Of a DNA stretch of 64,000 nucleotides, positions 12,066-24,684 are shown one piece after another. Origin of the DNA: Paraphysomonas bandaiensis. Lineage: Eukaryota > Protista > Chrysophyceae. The position numbers and the translations under genes are program-made. Every line of letters begins with the position of its first letter. Positions within the stretch are counted from its first letter, which is position 1. Location of the stretch: contig CBFFRP010000016.1 of NCBI GenBank assembly GCA_965644295.1, positions 89,900 through 153,899 of the forward strand, written 5' to 3'. The notes under the pieces are model-generated. The model did not search any database and was not told where the DNA came from. It was given only the letters and a program-made list of their open reading frames with translations.

Positions 12066-12505
12066 TCTGGGGGAAAACTAACGAAACTAACGTGAGCCGC
12101 ATATATAGTCAGCAGATAATTTTCTGTCCACTCATAGCCAATGCTTGTGTGGTGCAAGGGACACTAATAGAAGTGTCACTTGTGTTTGGGGCCCTGACGA
12201 ATAGACAGGCATCCGGGAATGGGCCCACCTCAAGACTCAAGACCATCCGGGGGTAGTGGGCTGCCTGCTGAAGTCAAGCTCCAGGCTGTTCACCTAAAGG
12301 ACTTCAAAATCCTGAAGTCTGCAGATGTCAAGCATATCAACATTCTGCTTGCTCACTGCGTTTGCCTTGAGTGATATAGAGATAGTGGCTGCACAAAAAG
12401 GTTTTTAGCGTTAAATAGTAGGATATCAGAGTTAAGCACGAGCTAGTTAAATTGCAATGCTAAATTAGTTCTGACTCTTAAACGCCTATTGATATAATAA
12501 AGCAT
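12066..12505 (+). repeat. Dispersed structured repeat family, copy 2 (related fragment at about 11700-11790)
   Basis: Aligns by eye to copy 1 from GTGAGCCGCATATATAGTC to TAGTTCTGACTCTT; AATAAA near the 3' end. Confidence 0.85.
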
Positions 12506-12797
12506 TTTGTACTGTCAGTACAGACAGTGATACTGAGACACTCCAGATCCCCAGGGTTATTACATTATTTTTCTAATCGTATTTTCTCTAGATGATGAGC
12601 AATAGTTGTATAGTTATAATCTACTGGTAGATGCAATGTAGAGTCTAAAATATACAATGATACATCGCCATCATTATACTTTCATATCATTGCTATAGTG
12701 CAGGTTTCAAATCGACTTCCCCGTGATAGTGAATGTTAATTAACATTATTGGTAAAGAAATAAAGCAGTTAGTATTGATCTTGCAAATTCACAAGTA

Positions 12798-13398
12798 CTA
12801 TTGACCAGAACTACCTACACTAAATCGACTCAATATACTTCCAACAGTACTTCCTGTTGGCGGAATGTCTTTTGCTGCAGTACTTCGAGCGGCAACAATA
12901 TTGCGTGCTCTTTCCATAGCCCGCTGTGCTGTCCTCTCTCGCTTCAAGCGCTGTCTAGTAGCTGGATTGTCGCAATTACTCCCACCAAACAACTTCTTCG
13001 AGTATTCTTCAGTTACAGAAGAAGTACTCTCCGATGTCCGTATAAGTCCTTTAGGGAGGCCCATACTAGCCGCAATCTCATCTGCTGATGAATAGAGCAG
13101 TCGAGAGGGACACGCCTCTCTCGTCACTGATCGATGACCCTGCACTGCAAGCTTAAAGGCATCTATCTCTGCTTGATCTATGTCTTCAGAGGGGTGCTGA
13201 TCGTGTGCTCTGTCTCTCTGTAGCGGGTGTTATCGTTATATGTATGGATGTATGTATGTGTGTGGGTCGCACCGTATGAGACTTGTGTTTCTTTGATCTC
13301 TTCTTCTTCTTCTTGTGTCTGCTGCTTCTGTCTGATGAATGCTCAGATTCAGAGTGCTTTCTTTTCTTTTTTCCCTCTCTATGATGATCATGCGTCAT
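12798..13398 (-). CDS. Small Lys/Arg/His-rich hypothetical protein, probably 2 exons
   Basis: MTHDHHREGKKKRKHSES...KKKKKRSKKHKSHT, a probable short intron at about 13220-13272, then the 12798-13145 ORF frame. Confidence 0.55.
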
Positions 13399-13985
13399 GA
13401 GTGTGTGTGTATGCGGTATGGCTTCCAACACTCGCAGATATGAAGGAAGAGACATGCAGGACTTGCAGGTACACAGAGAGGCCATGGATCTCACACACCT
13501 GCACTATACACGGTATACGGTATACTAGACTGGTATACGGTGTAGCTGATGCAGAGGGAATACCGTTTTTAGAAGGATAAAAAGTACCTATACTGGTATA
13601 CTATACACTGGTATACATACGTCTACGGATCAGCGGTACAGTAGGTATGAACACCTATGCAATACTGTACCGATAGAGCTATGTACCTATACAACGCTGT
13701 ATGTACAGACGTACATATATACATAAAGACTACAGCGGTATACACAAAAAACAGCACAGTATGCCGACATATCTTTAGCGGTCGTAACTCCTTCAGTTTA
13801 TTCCTAAGCATGTCTTCATTGTTGAGGTATTGAGAGCGAGGCAGGCAGGAGTGCAAGTAGATGCATGTTATTAACCGCACATTTCACCCCTTGCGCTTTA
13901 CACTTCAATATAAGGTAAAGTTGCAGTTGTCACTGTACGAAGGTTCTCTCTGTGAATTAGACAGGCAGTTTATGTGTTGAGTGGT

Positions 13986-15589
13986 ATGGATAACTGGGTT
14001 GTTGTGCTTCAAGTGGTTGCTGCGATTATATTCGCTTATGTTCGCTACAGACTGTCTGTTGCCGAGCGAAAACGCATTGCAATGAATGTTCCTAGTGTTA
14101 CAGGAGGAGTTCCATTCTTCGGTCAAGTGTTCAAGATGCTCAAGGGGAGTCCGTGGGACATCATGAACAAGTGGGCACAAGAATTTGGTCATCGATTCAC
14201 GTTTCATTTGTTTGGATCGGATGCGTTTGTCGTATCAGATCCTGACATTCTGAAAGTGATACTGCAAACAAAGGTGCACATATTTAGGAAAGATCTGGAA
14301 TGGGTATACAGACCGTTCCTTGTTATTCTCGGGAATGGGCTTGTCACAGCTCACGGCGAAAGCTGGCGGCGTCAGCGAACACTTCTCTCCAGTGCCCTTC
14401 GTATTGATATTTTGGACGACATCCCAGCAATGGCTGTACGAGCTGTACAGCGTCTGTGTGTTAAGTTGGACAAGTGCTGTGCTGATGGAACCACAATAGA
14501 GATGGCAGAAGAATTCCGACACTTGACTCTGCAAGTTATCGCTGAAGCTATTCTGTCCCTTAGTCCAGAGGAAAGTGACGAAACGTTTGCTCATATGTAC
14601 CTTCCTATTGTAGAGGAGGGAAATCTTCGCACATGGCACCCGGAACGGATGTATCTACCTACCCCTGCATACTTCAAGCATCAAGCTGATGTCAAGAAAC
14701 TCAATGACTATGTTGTGGGACTTATCACGAAGCGCTGGGATTTGAGACGGGAAGAGAAAGCGAGCAGGAAAAAAACTACTCGCAGACAGGATATATTGGA
14801 TAAAGTATTAAATGCGATTTCTGAGGATGACTGGAATGCGGCCACGATCGCGCAGGTGAGAGACGAAGTCAAGACATTCATATTAGCCGGACACGAGGTA
14901 AGCACTCACGCATACGTATTAATTACTTGTACGTTTCTGCTGTTGATAGCTTGACTGACAATAGATGTTTCTAATACTTGTGCGTTTAGACTTCCGCCAG
15001 TATGCTTGCTTGGACTCTCTACGAACTCAGTATGAACCCCAAACTTCTTGCCACCTTACGAGAGGAGACTGAACAAGTATATGGCGCACCCGTTGCCCCG
15101 GGGGCAGACTTAAGTACATGCATGCCTAAGAAGCGCGAAAGCCTATCGCGACTTGAGTATGCTGATTGTTGTCTTCGGGAGAGTCTGAGAAAGTACTCTG
15201 TGGTTCCTAGTGTCGTGCGGGTGCCCTCGGAGGACGTTGAGATCAATGACCACGTGATTCCGAAAGGGACAAGTGTAATAATCAACATTATGGCTGCGCA
15301 CCACAACGAAGAGAATTGGAAGAATCCGAGTGAATATAACCCGACTAGATTCTTAAAAGGAGAGAGCAGCATCAAACCCTATACTTTTCTACCTTTCGTG
15401 GATGGTCCACGCAACTGTCTCGGACAGTTTCTCTCACTTCTTGAATCTAAAGTAGTTCTATCAATGCTTGTACATCATTATGATTTCGAGGTCACGAACT
15501 TAAATGATGCAGGGCTAACACATCCTTTCATGGTTCCGATTATTCCCAAAACTGGACATATTATGAAAGTAAGTAGACGGAATGGATAG
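13986..15589 (+). CDS. Cytochrome P450, 2 exons (intron 14898-14989)
   Basis: N-terminal anchor; I-helix AGHET|SAS restored by splicing; ExxR (ESLR); PTRF; haem motif FVDGPRNCLG. Confidence 0.95.
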
Positions 15590-17052
15590 TAGCTGTGGAG
15601 CAGCGCTTGTGATAGGTTTTCGATGAATCAGTTTGCTTGTTACGTAATTTTTGAATAAGCAAAACTTACTCGATATGTTTTTTTATGTTTTTGTCTTTAT
15701 GCATGATGCATCTTTTGCATCAAGGACTACAAAATGGGAAATATTATTCAACCTAGCCATTCTTATGTACATTGACTACACACTGTGACTGTTTAAAAAA
15801 AACAGCTCACACCACACAACATATTAATGGCTTACAGAGATCAGAACAAACATTCAAACATAACAATTAACTGTATGCACATATCTACTTAACACAGTGT
15901 ACGTGTATGTCTATCTAGCCTATCTATATAGCTTATAACTATATAGCGATGGGTCCCTTTTGAGTATTATGTGGAAGAGGAGGGGTCAATGAAACTGTCA
16001 ATATAACTCACTCTATGATCTGCAGGGCACCTCTAGATCTTCAGATGTAATGATTGATAATGTATAAATATATATTTGACATGACTAATAAGTCATTCAA
16101 AGATAGAATAAACAGATTAAATATCGATTAAACATTAGTCAACCTTAGATAAACAAAACAGCGAGGTGCATTGAATACTATCATTTTATCAGTCACTAAT
16201 AACTTATTACTTGTTATTATTACCCAAAGCACATACGTCGTAGACATCTCTCCTGTACGAAATGCTTGCCAGTTGTAATGCACTCTTCCCAGAAGTTATC
16301 AGAATTTGGAATTGAGACGCTGGAGCTTAGAACGAGATCCGCGTGCTTTGGATGCGGCTCATACAGCACGCACTGTATAGTGCAGTCTCTCCACTAGAAA
16401 CATACACGGTTGTTCATATTTCTTAGCTTCCATGTCGTTGTTGCCAAATCATTTTACTGTCATACAACCCTCATCAATGACGTTAACTACCACACCTCTA
16501 ATAAGCCACGTTTTGAAGATAGAATCATCAGTATGCATGCATTGACAGGGTTGTTGGTGTCTACATGCATGTATATATGTCCCATTGAACGGTTAGAGTG
16601 GGCCAATCAGATGACAGGAAGTGAACTTAGAATTCTAGAAGTGGGATAGTCTGTTACGTATGTGATGGTATACCAGTGTATACCACTGTATACACGCGCT
16701 GCCTCGCTTGTTCCCCAAAACGTATTATCACTAATACCGCTGTATTGTTGTGGAATACATTGGTATGGAGAGTATACAGTGAGTATAGCGTAGGTATACC
16801 GTGGGTGGGGAGGGAGTATACGGTCCCCTACAGCGGTATATTATGGTCGCCCAGTGAGGTCGAACTTCTGTGTGTGTGTGTTCCCCTGCAGAGGACTCAC
16901 ATCAGTGTGTGGTCGCATGTGCGTATGCAGCTCTATGCTTGTATCTGCCATGAGCTGTTCCCATCTCACGTCAGAAATCGATTTACGAAAGACGGGAACA
17001 ACTCCGTTAATGATCTCAATGGCTGTTCATTATTTATATGCTCTGATACAAG

Positions 17053-18450
17053 ATGCCGACTGCTCCTCTATCATCCGGTCATGCTCATGCCACTCCTGTA
17101 CATGCAGGTGATAAATCTGATGGAAACACCATTGAGTGTCTCTCATATCCTCCATATGATCCAGCTGATATCATCTCTGTCTCTGGCTCCTCTTATGGGA
17201 TAGACTGCAGCCCCTCAGCTAACACTGGGGCTCATAGTAAATTCGGATCACTCACAGAATCTGGTGATGATGATTACATGCAATCCAGATCTGAGACACA
17301 CACCGACACTTGTAGCGCTCAGGTAGTGTCACCACTCTCAAAACCACAAGATGTTCCAATGGACCAGATATCTGATATGTCCGCACGTGACATTGTGCCC
17401 ACGAAACTCATTCAGGTTTATGGCAAAGCCTTTCTCGTACCTATTCACGAAAAGGACGCCGAAACTATCCGTCAGCTGGCACGCATGGGATCGAATGCCT
17501 GTGACATACATATATCTGTGGAGCACATGGCTCCCGACGAACTGGAATCTTTTCTTAATCACATCGACCCACCCGAAAAGAAAGCGAAACAGGGCACACG
17601 TGAAAATCCTGAGCCTGCATTAACACCAAAGCATGTCTATAAGACTTCTTGTGATACCTACCGTGTGCAATTGAGCAAGGGCTCTCGTCTCTTCCCGAAC
17701 AAAAAGTTTAGCCGAAATGCGAGGACTGAGATTGACGCTTTGTGGCTCTGTGAATGTGCGCTTGTTCTTATAGATCAACCGGAAACGTTTCGTGACTTGC
17801 TTCGCAATGGTAATTTTCAGTACCTCTTACAGAAAGAAATTATTTCTTCGGCCGATGACTTTGCTGCTCAACTACAGCGTAGTGTTAAAGAGCTTGGAAA
17901 TCGCAAGAAGCTGAAAGCACATGAGATTGACCAGATCACTTCCACGTTGAAGTGCATTCTGCCATCTTACCCAAACTCTCAGGATAGTCATGCGTCCACT
18001 GGATATGCTACTGGAGTTGAAAGAAATCTAGCGGAACGCACTCGGAGGTCGTTCTCTGCCATCATGTGTGAGCAATGGGGAGGCGTGGGTGGTGGTGATG
18101 TAGATCGCCGAAAGAGGCGCAAATTGCCTCGGGCGACTGTGGAAGATTATCGTCAGCAAGGTACTCAGCACTTATCACCACCGATGAATTATGCTTCGCA
18201 CTACCCTCCAGTTCAACAACATCAACATCACGTGGATTATTCTCATGAACATCAGGGAGATAACATGGTATTTTCTTTACCCTTAGCTGCAATGTACCAT
18301 GCACCTCAGCAACAACATGACAATATGTACTTCCAGCATATTAATCAGTCACAACATCATCAACATCACCTACAGTATCAGATGCAGCAGCAACCTCGAC
18401 CTGACCCATCGTCGCACAATCCTTATGTGTATCTGCATAAAAATCCCTAG
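17053..18450 (+). CDS. Hypothetical protein, possible AP2-like DNA-binding transcription regulator
   Basis: 465-aa ORF. Segment PKHVYKTSCDTYRVQLSKG...FSRNARTEIDALWL resembles the AP2 three-strand-plus-helix pattern; RRKRRK is NLS-like; Q/H-rich tail. Confidence 0.6.
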   Translation: MPTAPLSSGHAHATPVHAGDKSDGNTIECLSYPPYDPADIISVSGSSYGIDCSPSANTGAHSKFGSLTESGDDDYMQSRSETHTDTCSAQVVSPLSKPQDVPMDQISDMSARDIVPTKLIQVYGKAFLVPIHEKDAETIRQLARMGSNACDIHISVEHMAPDELESFLNHIDPPEKKAKQGTRENPEPALTPKHVYKTSCDTYRVQLSKGSRLFPNKKFSRNARTEIDALWLCECALVLIDQPETFRDLLRNGNFQYLLQKEIISSADDFAAQLQRSVKELGNRKKLKAHEIDQITSTLKCILPSYPNSQDSHASTGYATGVERNLAERTRRSFSAIMCEQWGGVGGGDVDRRKRRKLPRATVEDYRQQGTQHLSPPMNYASHYPPVQQHQHHVDYSHEHQGDNMVFSLPLAAMYHAPQQQHDNMYFQHINQSQHHQHHLQYQMQQQPRPDPSSHNPYVYLHKNP

Positions 18451-19068
18451 TCGACTAGTGAAGTGATGAAAAAAGTGATTCCTTCCCTCGTATCGTGGTC
18501 TGGCCTTGAAATTAAGAACAGACACCGAATACATACTTTAACCCAAAGAAAGAAGTAGCTAGCGCCATTTTGATTTATTACGTATTTTGGCTACGCATTA
18601 TGTACACTTCACATGTGTACATCATCCAAGAATGAAACATTTATTGGTTGTGTAGTAGCCATTTCGACTATATATGACGACGACTGTAGTTCAATAGCAG
18701 AAATTAAACTGTGATAACCTCTGCGTAATAGATCTGATGTAATAATTCATTTTGAAAACTCTATTCTTTTCTTTATTAAGCCCAAGTAAAATACCTAGAA
18801 ATTTATTACTGGTTGGGAAATATTATTCAAGCTATTTTTGTGGAATAACCTAGTCAAAGTAATAAATGACTCAACCCAGTCAATTTTGGTATTTAACTTA
18901 CTAGTCGTTGATTACACACTGTGACTGGCTAAGATACCATCTCACACCACACAATATATTACTGATCAATACATTAGTTTTCTGTTAGGCACATAATTAT
19001 CTCCGTAAGTTGGATGTCTTCTATTATAAACTGTATGATGTTATGATAGTAGTAAGAATGGTCACACT

Positions 19069-19220
19069 TAGTGCTTGCAGAGACACACAAACAGTTCTCG
19101 TAGCGCTAAATTGTAGGATATCAGAGTTCGCGCTAGTTAGTAAATGTTAGATGCTTATCTAACTTGACAAGTTTGTTCATCCAGCTACTAATCTGGTTTT
19201 TACTCTTGAATGCCTATTTT
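19069..19220 (+). repeat. Dispersed structured repeat family, copy 3 (3' part, degenerate)
   Basis: GTGCTTGC...CGTAGCGCTAAATTGTAGGATATCAGAGTT...ACTCTTGAATGCCTA matches the other copies. Confidence 0.75.
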
Positions 19221-20024
19221 GCTAGATAAATGATAAACATACGTTAACTACCTGATGTTATTGGTTATATAGGTTCCACATTATAATTCTACTAACCTTA
19301 TTACCTGTCTTCTTTACTGAATTACCTGGACGTGATACACACTACATGCTTAAATTATAAATTATGATTAATATCATTTATTCATTCGTTGTCATTCGCC
19401 AAATTCATATTATTTCAACTACCAGTCGTATTCATACGACCATAGATAGACAAGTACTTATACAGTCAATATATTCCAGTTTCACTACTACCCTATCATC
19501 TCAACAGTTCATTTAGTACTGTAAATCACTACTGTATAGAGTATTCTTCAAGTAACGATCATAATTCAAATACCTTAAAACTACAGCTTATAATTGCTCT
19601 CACAGCAAAAACTCGGCAAGAATTCCTTGAAATGTAAAATATCGTGATATACTTGATGATATAACTTATCATGTCGCCGAAATTTCTACATTCCGAGAGC
19701 GTACCCTAGTGAACTGCTACGTAGTGTTGACAAAGCTAAGAGTAACGTATAGATTATTAATATAAATCTCAGCGTATTCTTTTTGTGTCGGCACCAAGAA
19801 AGCTATATTATATAGAATTACATATATACAAGAGTCATGCATAGTTATGAGAAATTCCACGTAATCTTAGCAAAGCTGAACACGGGTGGGGCAGCAACAG
19901 AATCTGCGTGTGACCTATGCGGTCAGCTACGTTGGTACACGGATAGAATATATTGAACTACAACCAACTCCTACGTGCGTACTTGAAGTTTGGTAAAGCC
20001 TAACGCTAGTAGTTATCCTGTATT

Positions 20025-20540
20025 CTATGTAGCAATGAAATTCAGAATATACATGACTACACTATAGGAGTAGCTATTACAAGTATACAAAGAAACTGAA
20101 AATATAGTAGCTGTTAAAGATCCTTTTTGTAGAATTGAATGTTGATGTTGGTGAATGACGTGGTTCCTAACTCACGGTGCTACAATATCATAATATCAAT
20201 CAGTCAATATTGCACTCTTAAAAGCTTAAGTTAATAGAATCAGTGCTATATCGGTGTTATACGTGGTGCACGTGTGCACCAGTTGGCCTACAATATGGTC
20301 GCGTCCTCGGAATGGGGCACTATGTAGCAATGAAATACAGAATATACGGGACTACACTATATAGCACTATAGCAGTAGATATTAAAAGTATACAAAGAAA
20401 CTGAAAATATAGTAGCTGTTAAAGATACGATTTTTTTGAACAGAATGTTGGTGTTGGTGATTGACGTGGTTCATCAATGACAGTGCTACAACATCATAAT
20501 TTTACTATATCTCTCTTAACGTAATTCAGTCAATACTGTG
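20025..20540. repeat. Local imperfect direct duplication of about 190 bp (20025-20215 and 20320-20540)
   Basis: CTATGTAGCAATGAAAT..AGAATATAC...AAGAAACTGAAAATATAGTAGCTGTTAAAGAT occurs twice. Confidence 0.85.
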
Positions 20541-20978
20541 CTACTACAAGTATAATTTAATACAAATAAGTTTTTAATAGATCCAGACATCAAACGACGC
20601 ATGCAAGCACGCGCTATACCTCGTTATCGCACAGTGTGTGCAAATGATAATATACAGCAAATTGTTGCAAGTATAGTGCAGGGGTATCTAGCGAACTCTC
20701 CTGACAATATGTTTTACAACTATTCTTTGATATATTTAACGATTTACAACTATTCTCCTGTAGTTTCGGTAACACGCTAAAATCGCGAACGCCGGCAAAT
20801 ATTTGAAAAGTACAAAATATCATATAAATGCGGCCATGTAACATATATTTTGGAATTGTGTTCCATGCTAATTAGCTAACACCACCTATACAACTTATAG
20901 TAATACTACAACATTCAGAGCAGAGTAATATGATAATATTATACAACCACCACATTCTAAGTCAAAGAGTGAAACAAA

Positions 20979-21542
20979 TTAACGCTTAGTTGTACGGCTT
21001 CTAGAGGATGCAAAGCTTTCAGGATTAGCTTTTAACCTTTCTTTTCTTTTCTGCTCCGCCACAAATGCGTCTATCCTCTCTTGTGCCTCTCGACTTCGCC
21101 TCATTTCGTCCGTTTCCTCCTGTAGAACTTTAGTTTCAGACTCAGCATAGGCTTGCATGCGTGTTTTTCTCTTTTGGGCAATAGTGCGCCTCTTATGTCT
21201 CTCCAATGCAGAAGGGCATGCCATAAAGCATACCCAGTATAATATTGGAATCTGAAATAATCCTCCTAGAATGGCGAGCCCTAAAATCTTGGGTTGACTC
21301 TGGAAAGCATCTGTCTCGGCCAAGCCAAAGAAAATAAGAAATATGCCCAACAGACAGAGAACCCATGCTACCAGCGTGAAAGCAACCCGAAATCGAACAA
21401 ACGTCTCATCTTCTTCCAGGTCCGTCATATGGGAGTCAATACGATTATAAACCACACCAACTTCAAGATCATTGACATAGTCATCATATAGAATAATATT
21501 CTCATCTTCTTTGAGCTCATCGGGTATAGGAGCAACCTGCAT
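20979..21542 (-). CDS. Hypothetical protein with two predicted TM helices and a charged tail
   Basis: 187-aa ATG ORF with two hydrophobic stretches followed by a coiled-coil-like C-terminus. Confidence 0.7.
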   Translation of the reverse strand: MQVAPIPDELKEDENIILYDDYVNDLEVGVVYNRIDSHMTDLEEDETFVRFRVAFTLVAWVLCLLGIFLIFFGLAETDAFQSQPKILGLAILGGLFQIPILYWVCFMACPSALERHKRRTIAQKRKTRMQAYAESETKVLQEETDEMRRSREAQERIDAFVAEQKRKERLKANPESFASSRSRTTKR

Positions 21543-22280
21543 CCCTCCTCGTAGAGTCTACTTATAGGATTGTATCACCCGCTGGATCTCCTATCTGATG
21601 ATAGGGATATACGCTACACACATATGCCACAGTCAGTATACAACATCACTGGAGAGTACAACAAACATAAGTGATATTTCGATTAAGAGTGTTGGCCGCA
21701 ATGGTGCTCCTGGCCGTATCTGATGTTGTTAATGGATATATATGTGCAGTGGTCCTGTACATACAGGTACATGTGTGCTGTACACGACTGTTACATAGAC
21801 TAGTAGGATGGCATACATACAGACAGCAGAGAGTGTACATCTCTTCTGGAACAATCGTACTATTCGACATGGACATACAGTACCATAAGTACAAGTACAG
21901 CAGTACATATAGTTCACCTGTATACGCAGTGTATTCTAGTCACACTTTACGGGCTACATAACATAACAGATACACGTACGGGCTACACACTTGTACCAGG
22001 ACAAGTGAAACCGTTACCTTGTCATCTGGGTGCTACGTACAGATCCATATATAAGCCCACCACAGCAGTTCACATACATACACAGCACATATACATACAT
22101 ACATATACAGCGCATACATATATGCACACACCTCATGCATCATCTACATCTCCAGACCATAACACCTGGATACATACATACATATATCTACGACCAACGC
22201 ACTACTCTGTGATAGATAGGGCATATATTCTCTTAATTATATTTGCATATTTGGTTCACTATCATTAAATAGTTGCTAAG

Positions 22281-22691
22281 ATGGGTGAGGAAATGAAAGA
22301 ATGGTCGCACATGTGGGGCGCTAAGGTCAGTCCCAAGTCAGTTACCAGATGCGTGGAGCTGACAATATGTACCTCTAGGTCAAGCTTCGTAACGATATGT
22401 CTGATGATATGCTCAGAGACGCAATAGAAACTTCCAGGAGAATTCTGGGTGGTATCGGGAACTTTGATACGGAAGGTTTGCTGCACTCTATTTGAAAATC
22501 TGGTCTTAATGTTGGTTTATTTAGGGCTTCAATGCGCTGAGGATATAAAAAATGAATTCGATTCTCGTTGGTCTCCACACTGGCATGTTATTATTGGTAG
22601 AAATTTTGGATCCTTTATAACGCATGAAGTGAAGTGTTTTGTCTTCTTCTACTTGGAAGATAAGGCTGTGATGCTCTTCAAAGCCGGGTGA
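22281..22691 (+). CDS. Dynein light chain type 1 (LC8 family), 3 exons
   Basis: Spliced product ...DMSDDMLRDAIE...IKNEFDSRWSPHWHVIIGRNFGSFITHEVKCFVFFYL...LFKAG. Introns at about 22326-22378 and 22476-22524. Confidence 0.9.
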
Positions 22692-22938
22692 TGTATTTCG
22701 CTGACACGACCGGGATTACATGATGCTGAAAGTAGTGGGATGATTTTGATGTGTTGGAACTTGCATATAGTAGACCGAAGCACAACGAGTTTCATTGTTG
22801 TTCGTGTTGTAATCTTTAGTTTCATAAAATATTCTCAATAGTAAATAACATAAAAAATACGCGACATTGGCTGGATGAATATGCTCATGTCGTTTAGAGA
22901 ATTTTGAGGCATTTCGTTATGATCGCACATCATTGTAC

Positions 22939-24274
22939 CGGGGCTGCGTATCAATTAATTGTTAGTTATTGAAATTGCAATATTTGAAATGGGGACAGCA
23001 AATCATAATTAGCCATTATAATATTATAATTGACTCCAGCTTCCTCAATTAGTGATAAAAAACACCACTAATTTGGCACTAGTGAGTTGATATTAAACAG
23101 CATTTTGTGTTGAGAAAATCAATTTCTTTACGATAAAAACCGAAGATTTATGTCATTACCACATACCAATAATAGTTATCCGGCCTTGACGCATGATGTA
23201 TATATTGTGTATTAGAAAGCAATAACATCTATTATATTTATCTCACATAAGATGTCGATGTTTCATAGTTCAGCGACATAAGCGATAAACTGGTAGCAGA
23301 AATCACTGCTTGATTGTTCTTCGAGAAAGTAAATGACAACAACGAAGATGTTGCATTAGAGACTTGAAAATTTTGTGAGTGACATGTAGGCCTGTCGGAA
23401 ATAGGATAGGTGTTCTGAGGCTTAAAAGGGTTACGGGTAGAGTAGCTTCTTGCTATCAAACATGATGGCTGAAATACGAAAGCTTTGGTTGCTCAGCGCT
23501 GTGGAGGGTAAATACGTAGTTTAGTTATTTATCCTGGAGTAAGCAGATGTCAGGTATATCAACATTTTATGCTTGCTTTGAGTGAGAGAGCAAAAGTGCT
23601 TGCGGTGACGCACAAGTGGCTTTCGTAGCGCTAAATAGTAGGATATCAGTGTTAAGCTAGTTAGTTAAATTGTTAGTTCTGACTCATAAATTCCAATTAC
23701 TAATAATAAAGCACTCACAACTAGTTTAGTGTTAATTAATTGCAATTTGACTAGATGGAGCAGAAAGTAATAATTGACTATAAATTGTTACAGAGCTTTG
23801 CATTATACACTCTTGACTGTCTTCTTACGGGGAGTCGGACAAAGGTACACTACATTCCACATCGTGGTGTTACTGCGAGCACGAGCCTTGACAATATTAT
23901 TGCTATCACAGAAACCTAGCTTTGATATACCCATCCTCACACTTCCAATTCTTAAGTACGTAGTTCTAGCAACGGAGATTAACTTATGTGCTTTGAGTAG
24001 TGAATTCCTTGTTCTTTATTCAATATATCTTATGTAATTCCAACATGATCGGAAGAACAAAAAACAACATCAAGATGAAAACTATTCATTGGCCCCACAT
24101 CATTAACTGCTAATAATAGTGTCTGTAAATACAGTATTCTTTAAGGGAGAGGTCTCTTTAACTTACGCAGATTGTAGTCAATTATAATTTCAATTTCTAC
24201 TCGCTGTCTCAATTTCAATTATTGCAATTTCAATAACTGACAATTAGTTGAAAATCAATTATTACGAAGCCCTG
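22939..24274. mobile_element. Degenerate hAT-like non-autonomous element with terminal and subterminal inverted repeats
   Basis: Left end CGGGGCTGCGTATCAATT vs reverse complement of right end CAGGGCTTCGTAATAATT. Subterminal GTTATTGAAATTGCAATATTTGAAATGGGGACAGC recurs inverted at about 24203-24240. No TSD visible. Confidence 0.6.
23532..23720 (+). repeat. Dispersed structured repeat family, copy 4 (nested inside the 22939-24274 element)
   Basis: GCAGATGTCAGGTATATCAACATT...GTGCTTGCGGTGACGCACAAG...TAGGATATCAGTGTTAAGC...AATAAAGCA matches copies 1, 2 and 5. Confidence 0.8.
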
Positions 24275-24684
24275 TCAAGTGATGGCAATAATTCAACAAC
24301 TTAGAAATACAGTTTTTACCAATAAGCAAAACTCAGCATTTCTTACCTCTCCTTAAACTAAACAAGGATTATATCTCTGCAATCAAACAACTACTGTGAT
24401 GAAGTACTTCGTACTTAGGATCCATGTTCAATTTCAACTGCTATATTTGAATTAATGTAATATTATCCTCGGGTTTTGACAAGAACATGAGAAAGTATAG
24501 ATTTTTAATACATTTATGACTAATTACCGAATGTATTCGACCACGGTTCGTTAGGATTACGACAAAATTAACTTCAATTGCCAAAGACTATATTATATAA
24601 TATAATACCAGCTACAATATAATACCAGCTCCTATCAGTAGAAGATACACAATCCATGTACATAGCATACTGGATTTGGCACTC

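Noticed and set aside
12190-12300. Hammerhead ribozyme in the dispersed repeat (CTGACGA here, CTGATGA at about 41628)
   Set aside because: The core motif is not conserved between copies, and I could not build the GAAA and three-stem junction.
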